Shown here: positions 10,389 to 23,000 of the stretch, piece after piece
Position numbering within the stretch: position 1 is the first letter of the stretch
Layout of the letters: each line of letters starts with the position of its first letter
NCBI GenBank assembly: GCA_964247055.1
Contig: OZ176050.1
Span: forward strand, 62,001-126,000
DNA: 64,000 nucleotides
DNA from: Paragordius varius
Lineage: Eukaryota; Animalia; Nematomorpha
Reading direction: 5' to 3'
Notes under the pieces: model-generated
What the model was told of the DNA's origin: nothing
The model's input: the letters and a program-made list of their open reading frames with translations, nothing else
Databases searched by the model: none
Translations under genes and position numbers: made by a program

Positions 10389-13300
10389 CACTATAAATTT
10401 TTTTGGGTAGCCCTATGGTAGTTCCATCATCACCCCAAATATTTTCGAGATCGGAGTATAAATGTAATTTTTATGAATTTTTTAAATATTTAAAAAATTT
10501 ATTTTATACGATTTTAATAATAAAAATGGCTACCTAAAATCCAAATTTGATCAGGTGATGTCACCATAATTTTTTTTGGGTAGCCCTATGGTAATTCCAT
10601 CATCACCCCAAATATTTTAGGGATCGGACTATAAATGTAATTATATGAATTTTTTAAATATTTAAAAAATTTATTTTATACGATTTTAAAAATAAAAATG
10701 GCTACCTAAAATCCAAATTTGATCAGGTGATGTCACTATAATTTTTTTTGAGTAGCTCTATGGTAGTTCCATCATCACCCCAAATATTTTCGAGATCGGA
10801 GTATAAATGTAATTTTTATGAATTTTTTAAATATTTAAAAAATTTATTTTATACGATTTTAAAAATAAAAATGGCTACCTAAAATCCAAATTTGATCAGG
10901 TGATGTCGCCATAATTTTTTTTGGGTAGCCCTATGGTAGTTCCATCATCACCCCAAATATTGTCGAGATCGGAGTATAAATGTAATTTTTATGAATTTTT
11001 TAAATATTTAAAAAATTTATTTTATACGATTTTAAAAATAAAAATGGCTACCTAAAATCCAAATTTGATCAGGTGATGTCACCATAATTTTTTTTGCGTA
11101 GCCCTATGGTTGTTCCATCATCACCCCAAATATTTTGGGGATCGGACTATAAATGTAATTTTTATGAATTTTTTAAATATTTAAAAAATTTATTTTATAC
11201 GATTTTAAAAATAAAAATGGCTACCTAAAATCCAAATTTGATCAGGTGATGTCACTATAATTTTTTTTGGGTAGCCCTATGGTAGTTCCATCATCACCCC
11301 AAATATTGTCGAGATCGGAGTATAAATGTAATTTTTATGAATTTTTTAAATATTTAAAAAATTTATTTTATACGATTTTAAAAATAAAAATGGCTACCTA
11401 AAATCCAAATTTGATCAGGTGATGTCACTATAAATTTTTTTGGGTAGCCCTATGGTTGTTCCATCATCACCCCAAATATTTTGGGGATCGGACTATAAAT
11501 GTAATTTTTATGAATTTTTTAAATATTTAAAAAATTTATTTTATACGATTTTAAAAATAAAAATGGCTACCTAAAATCCAAATTTGATCAGGTGATGTCA
11601 CTATAATTTTTTTTGGGTAGCCCTATGGTAGTTCCATCATCACCCCAAATATTGTCGAGATCGGAGTATAAATGTAATTTTTATGAATTTTTTAAATATT
11701 TAAAAAATTTATTTTATACGATTTTAAAAATAAAAATGGATACCTAAAATCCAAATTTGATCAGGTGATGTCACTATAATTTTTTTTGGGTAGCCCTATG
11801 GTAATTCCATCATCACCCCAAATATTTTGGGGATCGGACTATAAATGTAATTTTTATGAATTTTTTAAATATTTAAAAAATTTATTTTATACGATTTTAA
11901 AAATAAAAATGGCTACCTAAAATCCAAATTTGATCAGGTGATGTCACTATAATTTTTTTTGAGTAGCTCTATGGTAGTTCCATCATCACCCCAAATATTT
12001 TGGGGATCGGACTATAAATGTAATTTTTATGAATTTTTTAAATATTTAAAAAATTTATTTTATACGATTTTAAAAATAAAAATGGCTACCTAAAATCCAA
12101 ATTTGATCAGGTGATGTCACTATAATTTTTTTTGGGTAGCCCTATGGTAGTTCCATCATCACCCCAAATATTGTCGAGATCGGAGTATAAATGTAATTTT
12201 TATGAATTTTTTAAATATTTAAAAAATTTATTTTATACGATTTTAAAAATAAAAATGGCTACCTAAAATCCAAATTTGATCAGGTGATGTCACTATAAAT
12301 TTTTTTGGGTAGCCCTATGGTAGTTCCATCATCACCCCAAATATTTTCGAGATCGGAGTATAAATGTAATTTTTATGAATTTTTTAAATATTTAAAAAAT
12401 TTATTTTATACGATTTTAAAAATAAAAATGGCTACCTAAAATCCAAATTTGATCAGGTGATGTCACCATAATTTTTTTTGGGTAGCCCTATGGTAGTTCC
12501 ATCATCACCCCAAATATTTTCGAGATCGGAGTATAAATGTAGTTTTTATGAATTTTTTAAATATTTAAAAAATTTATTTTATACGATTTTAAAAATAAAA
12601 ATGGATACCTAAAATCCAAATTTGATCAGGTGATGTCACTATAATTTTTTTTGGGTAGCCCTATGGTAGTTCCATCATCACCCCAAATATTGTCGAGATC
12701 GGAGTATAAATGTAATTTTTATGAATTTTTTAAATATTTAAAAAATTTATTTTATACGATTTTAAAAATAAAAATGGCTACCTAAAATCCAAATTTGATC
12801 AGGTGATGTCACTATAAATTTTTTTGGGTAGCCCTATGGTAGTTCCATCATCACCCCAAATATTTTCGAGATCGGAGTATAAATGTAATTTTTATGAATT
12901 TTTTAAATATTTAAAAAATTTATTTTATACGATTTTAAAAATAAAAATGGCTACCTAAAATCCAAATTTGATCAGGTGATGTCGCCATAATTTTTTTTGG
13001 GTAGCCCTATGGTAGTTCCATCATCACCCCAAATATTGTCGAGATCGGAGTATAAATGTAATTTTTATGAATTTTTTAAATATTTAAAAAATTTATTTTA
13101 TACGATTTTAAAAATAAAAATGGCTACCTAAAATCCAAATTTGATCAGGTGATGTCACCATAATTTTTTTTGCGTAGCCCTATGGTTGTTCCATCATCAC
13201 CCCAAATATTTTGGGGATCGGACTATAAATGTAATTTTTATGAATTTTTTAAATATTTAAAAAATTTATTTTATACGATTTTAAAAATAAAAATGGCTAC

Positions 13301-14538
13301 CTAAAATCCAAATTTGATCAGGTGATGTCACTATAATTTTTTTTGGGTAGCCCTATGGTAGTTCCATCATCACCCCAAATATTGTCGAGATCGGAGTATA
13401 AATGTAATTTTTATGAATTTTTTAAATATTTAAAAAATTTATTTTATACGATTTTAAAAATAAAAATGGCTACCTAAAATCCAAATTTGATCAGGTGATG
13501 TCACTATAAATTTTTTTGGGTAGCCCTATGGTAGTTCCATCATCACCCCAAATATTTTCGAGATCGGAGTATAAATGTAATTTTTATGAATTTTTTAAAT
13601 ATTTAAAAAATTTATTTTATACGATTTTAATAATAAAAATGGCTACCTAAAATCCAAATTTGATCAGGTGATGTCACCATAATTTTTTTTGGGTAGCCCT
13701 ATGGTAATTCCATCATCACCCCAAATATTTTAGGGATCGGACTATAAATGTAATTATATGAATTTTTTAAATATTTAAAAAATTTATTTTATACGATTTT
13801 AAAAATAAAAATGGCTACCTAAAATCCAAATTTGATCAGGTGATGTCACTATAATTTTTTTTGAGTAGCTCTATGGTAGTTCCATCATCACCCCAAATAT
13901 TTTCGAGATCGGAGTATAAATGTAATTTTTATGAATTTTTTAAATATTTAAAAAATTTATTTTATACGATTTTAAAAATAAAAATGGCTACCTAAAATCC
14001 AAATTTGATCAGGTGATGTCGCCATAATTTTTTTTGGGTAGCCCTATGGTAGTTCCATCATCACCCCAAATATTGTCGAGATCGGAGTATAAATGTAATT
14101 TTTATGAATTTTTTAAATATTTAAAAAATTTATTTTATACGATTTTAAAAATAAAAATGGCTACCTAAAATCCAAATTTGATCAGGTGATGTCACCATAA
14201 TTTTTTTTGCGTAGCCCTATGGTTGTTCCATCATCACCCCAAATATTTTGGGGATCGGACTATAAATGTAATTTTTATGAATTTTTTAAATATTTAAAAA
14301 ATTTATTTTATACGATTTTAAAAATAAAAATGGCTACCTAAAATCCAAATTTGATCAGGTGATGTCACTATAATTTTTTTTGGGTAGCCCTATGGTAGTT
14401 CCATCATCACCCCAAATATTGTCGAGATCGGAGTATAAATGTAATTTTTATGAATTTTTTAAATATTTAAAAAATTTATTTTATACGATTTTAAAAATAA
14501 AAATGGCTACCTAAAATCCAAATTTGATCAGGTGATGT
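9524..14538 (+). repeat. Higher-order duplication, 18-monomer period (3113 bp): 9524-11425 vs 12637-14538
   Basis: Private markers TTTTAATAATAAAA and TTTTAGGGATC plus AATTATATG occur twice, 3113 bp apart (A at 10619 and 13732). Confidence 0.9.
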
Positions 14539-16097
14539 CACTATAAATTTTTTTGGGTAGCCCTATGGTAGTTCCATCATCACCCCAAATATTTTCGAGA
14601 TCGGAGTATAAATGTAATTTTTATGAATTTTTTAAATATTTAAAAAATTTATTTTATACGATTTTAAAAATAAAAATGGCTACCTAAAATCCAAATTTGA
14701 TCAGGTGATGTCACCATAATTTTTTTTGGGTAGCCCTATGGTAGTTCCATCATCACCCCAAATATTTTCGAGATCGGAGTATAAATGTAGTTTTTATGAA
14801 TTTTTTAAATATTTAAAAAATTTATTTTATACGATTTTAAAAATAAAAATGGATACCTAAAATCCAAATTTGATCAGGTGATGTCACTATAATTTTTTTT
14901 GGGTAGCCCTATGGTAATTCCATCATCACCCCAAATATTTTGGGGATCGGACTATAAATGTAATTTTTATGAATTTTTTAAATATTTAAAAAATTTATTT
15001 TATACGATTTTAAAAATAAAAATGGCTACCTAAAATCCAAATTTGATCAGGTGATGTCACTATAATTTTTTTTGAGTAGCTCTATGGTAGTTCCATCATC
15101 ACCCCAAATATTTTCGAGATCGGAGTATAAATGTAGTTTTTATGAATTTTTTAAATATTTAAAAAATTTATTTTATACGATTTTAAAAATAAAAATGGCT
15201 ACCTAAAATCCAAATTTGATCAGGTGATGTCACCATAATTTTTTTTGCGTAGCCCTATGGTTGTTCCATCATCACCCCAAATATTTTGGGGATCGGAGGA
15301 CTATAAATGTAATTTTTATGAATTTTTTAAATATTTAAAAAATTTATTTTATACGATTTTAAAAATAAAAATGGCTACCTAAAATCCAAATTTGATCAGG
15401 TGATGTCACTATAATTTTTTTTGGGTAGCCCTATGGTAGTTCCATCATCACCCCAAATATTGTCGAGATCGGAGTATAAATGTAATTTTTATGAATTTTT
15501 TAAATATTTAAAAAATTTATTTTATACGATTTTAAAAATAAAAATGGCTACCTAAAATCCAAATTTGATCAGGTGATGTCACTATAAATTTTTTTGGGTA
15601 GCCCTATGGTAGTTCCATCATCACCCCAAATATTTTCGAGATCGGAGTATAAATGTAATTTTTATGAATTTTTTAAATATTTAAAAAATTTATTTTATAC
15701 GATTTTAAAAATAAAAATGGCTACCTAAAATCCAAATTTGATCAGGTGATGTCACCATAATTTTTTTTGGGTAGCCCTATGGTAGTTCCATCATCACCCC
15801 AAATATTTTCGAGATCGGAGTATAAATGTAGTTTTTATGAATTTTTTAAATATTTAAAAAATTTATTTTATACGATTTTAAAAATAAAAATGGATACCTA
15901 AAATCCAAATTTGATCAGGTGATGTCACTATAATTTTTTTGGGTAGCCCTATGGTAATTCCATCATCACCCCAAATATTTTGGGGATCGGACTATAAATG
16001 TAATTTTTATGAATTTTTTAAATATTTAAAAAATTTATTTTATACGATTTTAAAAATAAAAATGGCTACCTAAAATCCAAATTTGATCAGGTGATGT

Positions 16098-17827
16098 CGC
16101 CATAATTTTTTTTGGGTAGCCCTATGGTAGTTCCATCATCACCCCAAATATTTTCGAGATCGGAGTATAAATGTAATTTTTTTGAATTTTTTAAATATTT
16201 AAAAAATTTATTTTATACGATTTTAAAAATAAAAATGGCTACCTAAAATCCAAATTTGATCAGGTGATGTCGCCATAATTTTTTTTGCGTAGCCCTATGG
16301 TTGTTCCATCATCACCCCAAATATTTTGGGGATCGGACTATAAATGTAATTTTTATGAATTTTTTAAACATTTAAAAAATTTATTTTATACGATTTTAAA
16401 AATAAAAATGGCTACCTAAAATCCAAATTTGATCAGGTGATGTCGCCATAATTTTTTTTGGATAGCCCTATGGTAGTTCCATCATCACCCCAAATATTTT
16501 CGAGATCGGAGTATAAATGTAATTTTTTTGAATTTTTTAAATATTTAAAAAATTTATTTTATACGATTTTAAAAATAAAAATGGCTACCTAAAATCCAAA
16601 TTTGATCAGGTGATGTCGCCATAATTTTTTTTGCGTAGCCCTATGGTTGTTCCATCATCACCCCAAATATTTTGGGGATCGGACTATAAATGTAATTTTT
16701 ATGAATTTTTTAAATATTTAAAAAATTTATTTTATACGATTTTAAAAATAAAAATGGCTACCTAAAATCCAAATTTGATCAGGTGATGTCACTATAATTT
16801 TTTTTGGGTAGCCATATGGTAGTTCCATCATCACCCCAAATATTTTCGAGATCGGAGTATAAATGTAATTTTTTTGAATTTTTTAAATATTTAAAAAATT
16901 TATTTTATACGATTTTAAAAATAAAAATGGCTACCTAAAATCCAAATTTGATCAGGTGATGTCACCATAATTTTTTTTGCGTAGCCCTATGGTTGTTCCA
17001 TCATCACCCCAAATATTTTGGGGATCGGACTATAAATGTAATTTTTATGAATTTTTTAAATATTTAAAAAATTTATTTTATACGATTTTAAAAATAAAAA
17101 TGGCTACCTAAAATCCAAATTTGATCAGGTGATGTCACTATAATTTTTTTTGGGTAGCCCTATGGTAGTTCCATCATCACCCCAAATATTTTCGAGATCG
17201 GAGTATAAATGTAATTTTTATGAATTTTTTAAATATTTAAAAAATTTATTTTATACGATTTTAAAAATAAAAATGGCTACCTAAAATCCAAATTTGATCA
17301 GGTGATGTCACCATAATTTTTTTTGGGTAGCCCTATGGTAGTTCCATCATCACCCCAAATATTTTCGAGATCGGAGTATAAATGTAGTTTTTATGAATTT
17401 TTTAAATATTTAAAAAATTTATTTTATACGATTTTAAAAATAAAAATGGCTACCTAAAATCCAAATTTGATCAGGTGATGTCACTATAATTTTTTTTGGG
17501 TAGCCCTATGGTAATTCCATCATCACCCCAAATATTTTGGGGATCGGACTATAAATGTAATTTTTATGAATTTTTTAAATATTTAAAAAATTTATTTTAT
17601 ACGATTTTAAAAATAAAAATGGCTACCTAAAATCCAAATTTGATCAGGTGATGTCGCCATAATTTTTTTTGGGTAGCCCTATGGTAGTTCCATCATCACC
17701 CAAAATATTTTCGAGATCGGAGTATAAATGTAATTTTTTTGAATTTTTTAAATATTTAAAAAATTTATTTTATACGATTTTAAAAATAAAAATGGCTACC
17801 TAAAATCCAAATTTGATCAGGTGATGT
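16098..17827 (+). repeat. 10-monomer block re-occurring at 25086-26815 (offset 8988 bp, 52 monomers)
   Basis: Rare markers GGATAGCC, GTAGCCATATGG (A at 16814 and 25802) and ACCCAAAATA appear in the same order. Confidence 0.85.
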
Positions 17828-20068
17828 CACCATAATTTTTTTTGCGTAGCCCTATGGTTGTTCCATCATCACCCCAAATATTTTGGGGATCGGACTATAA
17901 ATGTAATTTTTATGAATTTTTTAAATATTTAAAAAATTTATTTTATACGATTTTAAAAATAAAAATGGCTACCTAAAATCCAAATTTGATCAGGTGATGT
18001 CGCCATAATTTTTTTTGGGTAGCCCTATGGTAGTTCCATCATCACCCCAAATATTTTCGAGATCGGAGTATAAATGTAATTTTTTTGAATTTTTTAAATA
18101 TTTAAAAAATTTATTTTATACGATTTTAAAAATAAAAATGGCTACCTAAAATCCAAATTTGATCAGATGATGTCACCATAATTTTTTTTGGGTAGCCCTA
18201 TGGTAGTTCCATCATCACCACAAATATTTTGGGGATCGGACTATAAATGTTATTTTTATGAATTTTTTAAATATTTAAAAAATTTATTTTATACGATTTT
18301 AAAAATAAAAATGGCTACCTAAAATCCAAATTTGATCAGGTGATGTCACCATAATTTTTTTTGGGTAGCCCTATGGTAGTTCCATCATCACCCCAAATAT
18401 TTTCGAGATCGGAGTATAAATGTAATTTTTATGAATTTTTAATATTTAAAAAATTTATTTTATACGATTTTAAAAATAAAAATGGCTACCTAGAATCCAA
18501 ATTTAATCAGGTGATACCATAATTTTTTTTGGGTAGCCCTATGGTTGTTCCATCATCACCCCAAATATTGTCGAGATCGGAGTATAAATGTAATTTTTTT
18601 GAATTTTTTAAATATTTAAAAAATTTATTTTATACGATTTTAAAAATAAAAATGGCTACCTAAAATCCAAATTTGATCAGGTGATGTCGCCATAATTTTT
18701 TTTGCGTAGCCCTATGGTAGTTCCATCATCACCCCAAATATTTTGGGGATCGGACTATAAATGTAATTTTTATGAATTTTTTAAATATTTAAAAAATTTA
18801 TTTTATACGATTTTAAAAATAAAAATGGCTACCTAAAATCCAAATTTGATCAGGTGATGTCACCATAATTTTTTTTGGGTAGCCCTATGGTAGTTCCATC
18901 ATCACCCCAAATATTTTCGAGATCGGAGTATAAATGTAATTTTTATGAATTTTTTAAATATTTAAAAAATTTATTTTATACGATTTTAAAAATGAAAATG
19001 GCTACCTAAAATCCAAATTTGATCAGGTGATGTCACCATAATTTTTTTTGGGTAGCCCTATGGTAATTCCATCATCACCCCAAATATTTTGGGGATCGGA
19101 CTATAAATGTAATTATATGAATTTTTTAAATATTTAAAAAATTTATTTTATACGATTTTAAAAATAAAAATGGCTACCTAAAATCCAAATTTGATCAGGT
19201 GATGTCACTATAATTTTTTTTGAGTAGCTCTATGGTAGTTCCATCATCACCCCAAATATTTTCGAGATCGGAGTATAAATGTAATTTTTATGAATTTTTT
19301 AAATATTTAAAAAATTTATTTTATACGATTTTAAAAATAAAAATGGCTACCTAAAATCCAAATTTGATCAGGTGATGTCGCCATAATTTTTTTTGGGTAG
19401 CCCTATGGTAGTTCCATCATCACCCCAAATATTTTCGAGATCGGAGTATAAATGTAATTTTTTTGAATTTTTTAAATATTTAAAAAATTTATTTTATACG
19501 ATTTTAAAAATAAAAATGGCTACCTAAAATCCAAATTTGATCAGGTGATGTCACCATAATTTTTTTTGCGTAGCCCTATGGTTGTTCCATCATCACCCCA
19601 AATATTTTGGGGATCGGACTATAAATGTAATTTTTATGAATTTTTTAAATATTTAAAAAATTTATTTTATACGATTTTAAAAATAAAAATGGCTACCTAA
19701 AATCCAAATTTGATCAGGTGATGTCACTATAATTTTTTTTGGGTAGCCCTATGGTAGTTCCATCATCACCCCAAATATTGTCGAGATCGGAGTATAAATG
19801 TAATTTTTATGAATTTTTTAAATATTTAAAAAATTTATTTTATACGATTTTAAAAATAAAAATGGCTACCTAAAATCCAAATTTGATCAGGTGATGTCAC
19901 TATAAATTTTTTTGGAGGCCTATGGTAGTTCCATCATCACCCCAAATATTTTCGAGATCGGAGTATAAATGTAATTTTTATGAATTTTTTAAATATTTAA
20001 AAAATTTATTTTATACGATTTTAAAAATAAAAATGGCTACCTAAAATCCAAATTTGATCAGGTGATGT

Positions 20069-23000
20069 CACCATAATTTTTTTTGGGTAGCCCTATGGTA
20101 GTTCCATCATCACCCCAAATATTTTCGAGATCGGAGTATAAATGTAGTTTTTATGAATTTTTTAAATATTTAAAAAATTTATTTTATACGATTTTAAAAA
20201 TAAAAATGGATACCTAAAATCCAAATTTGATCAGGTGATGTCACTATAATTTTTTTTGGGTAGCCCTATGGTAATTCCATCATCACCCCAAATATTTTGG
20301 GGATCGGACTATAAATGTAATTTTTATGAATTTTTTAAATATTTAAAAAATTTATTTTATACGATTTTAAAAATAAAAATGGCTACCTAAAATCCAAATT
20401 TGATCAGGTGATGTCACTATAATTATTTTTGAGTAGCTCTATGGTAGTTCCATCATCACCCCAAATATTTTCGAGATCGGAGTATAAATGTAGTTTTTAT
20501 GAATTTTTTAAATATTTAAAAAATTTATTTTATACGATTTTAAAAATAAAAATGGCTACCTAAAATCCAAATTTGATCAGGTGATGTCACCATAATTTTT
20601 TTTGCGTAGCCCTATGGTTGTTCCATCATCACCCCAAATATTTTGGGGATCGGACTATAAATGTAATTTTTATGAATTTTTTAAATATTTAAAAAATTTA
20701 TTTTATACGATTTTAAAAATAAAAATGGCTACCTAAAATCCAAATTTGATCAGGTGATGTCACTATAATTTTTTTTGGGTAGCCCTATGGTAGTTCCATC
20801 ATCACCCCAAATATTGTCGAGATCGGAGTATAAATGTAATTTTTATGAATTTTTTAAATATTTAAAAAATTTATTTTATACGATTTTAAAAATAAAAATG
20901 GCTACCTAAAATCCAAATTTGATCAGGTGATGTCACTATAAATTTTTTTGGGTAGCCCTATGGTAGTTCCATCATCACCCCAAATATTTTCGAGATCGGA
21001 GTATAAATGTAATTTTTATGAATTTTTTAAATATTTAAAAAATTTATTTTATACGATTTTAAAAATAAAAATGGCTACCTAAAATCCAAATTTGATCAGG
21101 TGATGTCACCATAATTTTTTTTGGGTAGCCCTATGGTAGTTCCATCATCACCCCAAATATTTTCGAGATCGGAGTATAAATGTAGTTTTTATGAATTTTT
21201 TAAATATTTAAAAAATTTATTTTATACGATTTTAAAAATAAAAATGGATACCTAAAATCCAAATTTGATCAGGTGATGTCACTATAATTTTTTTTGGGTA
21301 GCCCTATGGTAATTCCATCATCACCCCAAATATTTTGGGGATCGGACTATAAATGTAATTTTTATGAATTTTTTAAATATTTAAAAAATTTATTTTATAC
21401 GATTTTAAAAATAAAAATGGCTACCTAAAATCCAAATTTGATCAGGTGATGTCACTATAAATTTTTTTGGGTAGCCCTATGGTAGTTCCATCATCACCCC
21501 AAATATTTTCGAGATCGGAGTATAAATGTAATTTTTATGAATTTTTTAAATATTTAAAAAATTTATTTTATACGATTTTAAAAATAAAAATGGCTACCTA
21601 AAATCCAAATTTGATCAGGTGATGTCACCATAATTTTTTTTGGGTAGCCCTATGGTAGTTCCATCATCACCCCAAATATTTTCGAGATCGGAGTATAAAT
21701 GTAGTTTTTATGAATTTTTTAAATATTTAAAAAATTTATTTTATACGATTTTAAAAATAAAAATGGATACCTAAAATCCAAATTTGATCAGGTGATGTCA
21801 CTATAATTTTTTTTGGGTAGCCCTATGGTAATTCCATCATCACCCCAAATATTTTGGGGATCGGACTATAAATGTAATTTTTATGAATTTTTTAAATATT
21901 TAAAAAATTTATTTTATACGATTTTAAAAATAAAAATGGCTACCTAAAATCCAAATTTGATCAGGTGATGTCGCCATAATTTTTTTTGGGTAGCCCTATG
22001 GTAGTTCCATCATCACCCCAAATATTTTCGAGATCGGAGTATAAATGTAATTTTTTTGAATTTTTTAAATATTTAAAAAATTTATTTTATACGATTTTAA
22101 AAATAAAAATGGCTACCTAAAATCCAAATTTGATCAGGTGATGTCGCCATAATTTTTTTTGCGTAGCCCTATGGTTGTTCCATCATCACCCCAAATATTT
22201 TGGGGATCGGACTATAAATGTAATTTTTATGAATTTTTTAAACATTTAAAAAATTTATTTTATACGATTTTAAAAATAAAAATGGCTACCTAAAATCCAA
22301 ATTTGATCAGGTGATGTCGCCATAATTTTTTTTGGATAGCCCTATGGTAGTTCCATCATCACCCCAAATATTTTCGAGATCGGAGTATAAATGTAATTTT
22401 TTTGAATTTTGTAAATATTTAAAAAATTTATTTTATACGATTTTAAAAATAAAAATGGCTACCTAAAATCCAAATTTGATCAGGTGATGTCGCCATAATT
22501 TTTTTTGCGTAGCCCTATGGTTGTTCCATCATCACCCCAAATATTTTGGGGATCGGACTATAAATGTAATTTTTATGAATTTTTTAAATATTTAAAAAAT
22601 TTATTTTATACGATTTTAAAAATAAAAATGGCTACCTAAAATCCAAATTTGATCAGGTGATGTCACTATAAATTTTTTTGGGTAGCCCTATGGTAGTTCC
22701 ATCATCACCCCAAATATTTTCGAGATCGGAGTATAAATGTAATTTTTTTGAATTTTTTAAATATTTAAAAAATTTATTTTATACGATTTTAAAAATAAAA
22801 ATGGCTACCTAAAATCCAAATTTGATCAGGTGATGTCACCATAATTTTTTTTGGGTAGCCCTATGGTAGTTCCATCATCACCCCAAATATTTTCGAGATC
22901 GGAGTATAAATGTAGTTTTTATGAATTTTTTAAATATTTAAAAAATTTATTTTATACGATTTTAAAAATAAAAATGGATACCTAAAATCCAAATTTGATC

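Noticed and set aside
692-13155. A regular 45-monomer (7.8 kb) higher-order repeat
   Set aside because: Only two sub-blocks (11 and 7 monomers) match at this offset. The intervening monomers do not, so this is a mosaic and not a fixed HOR.
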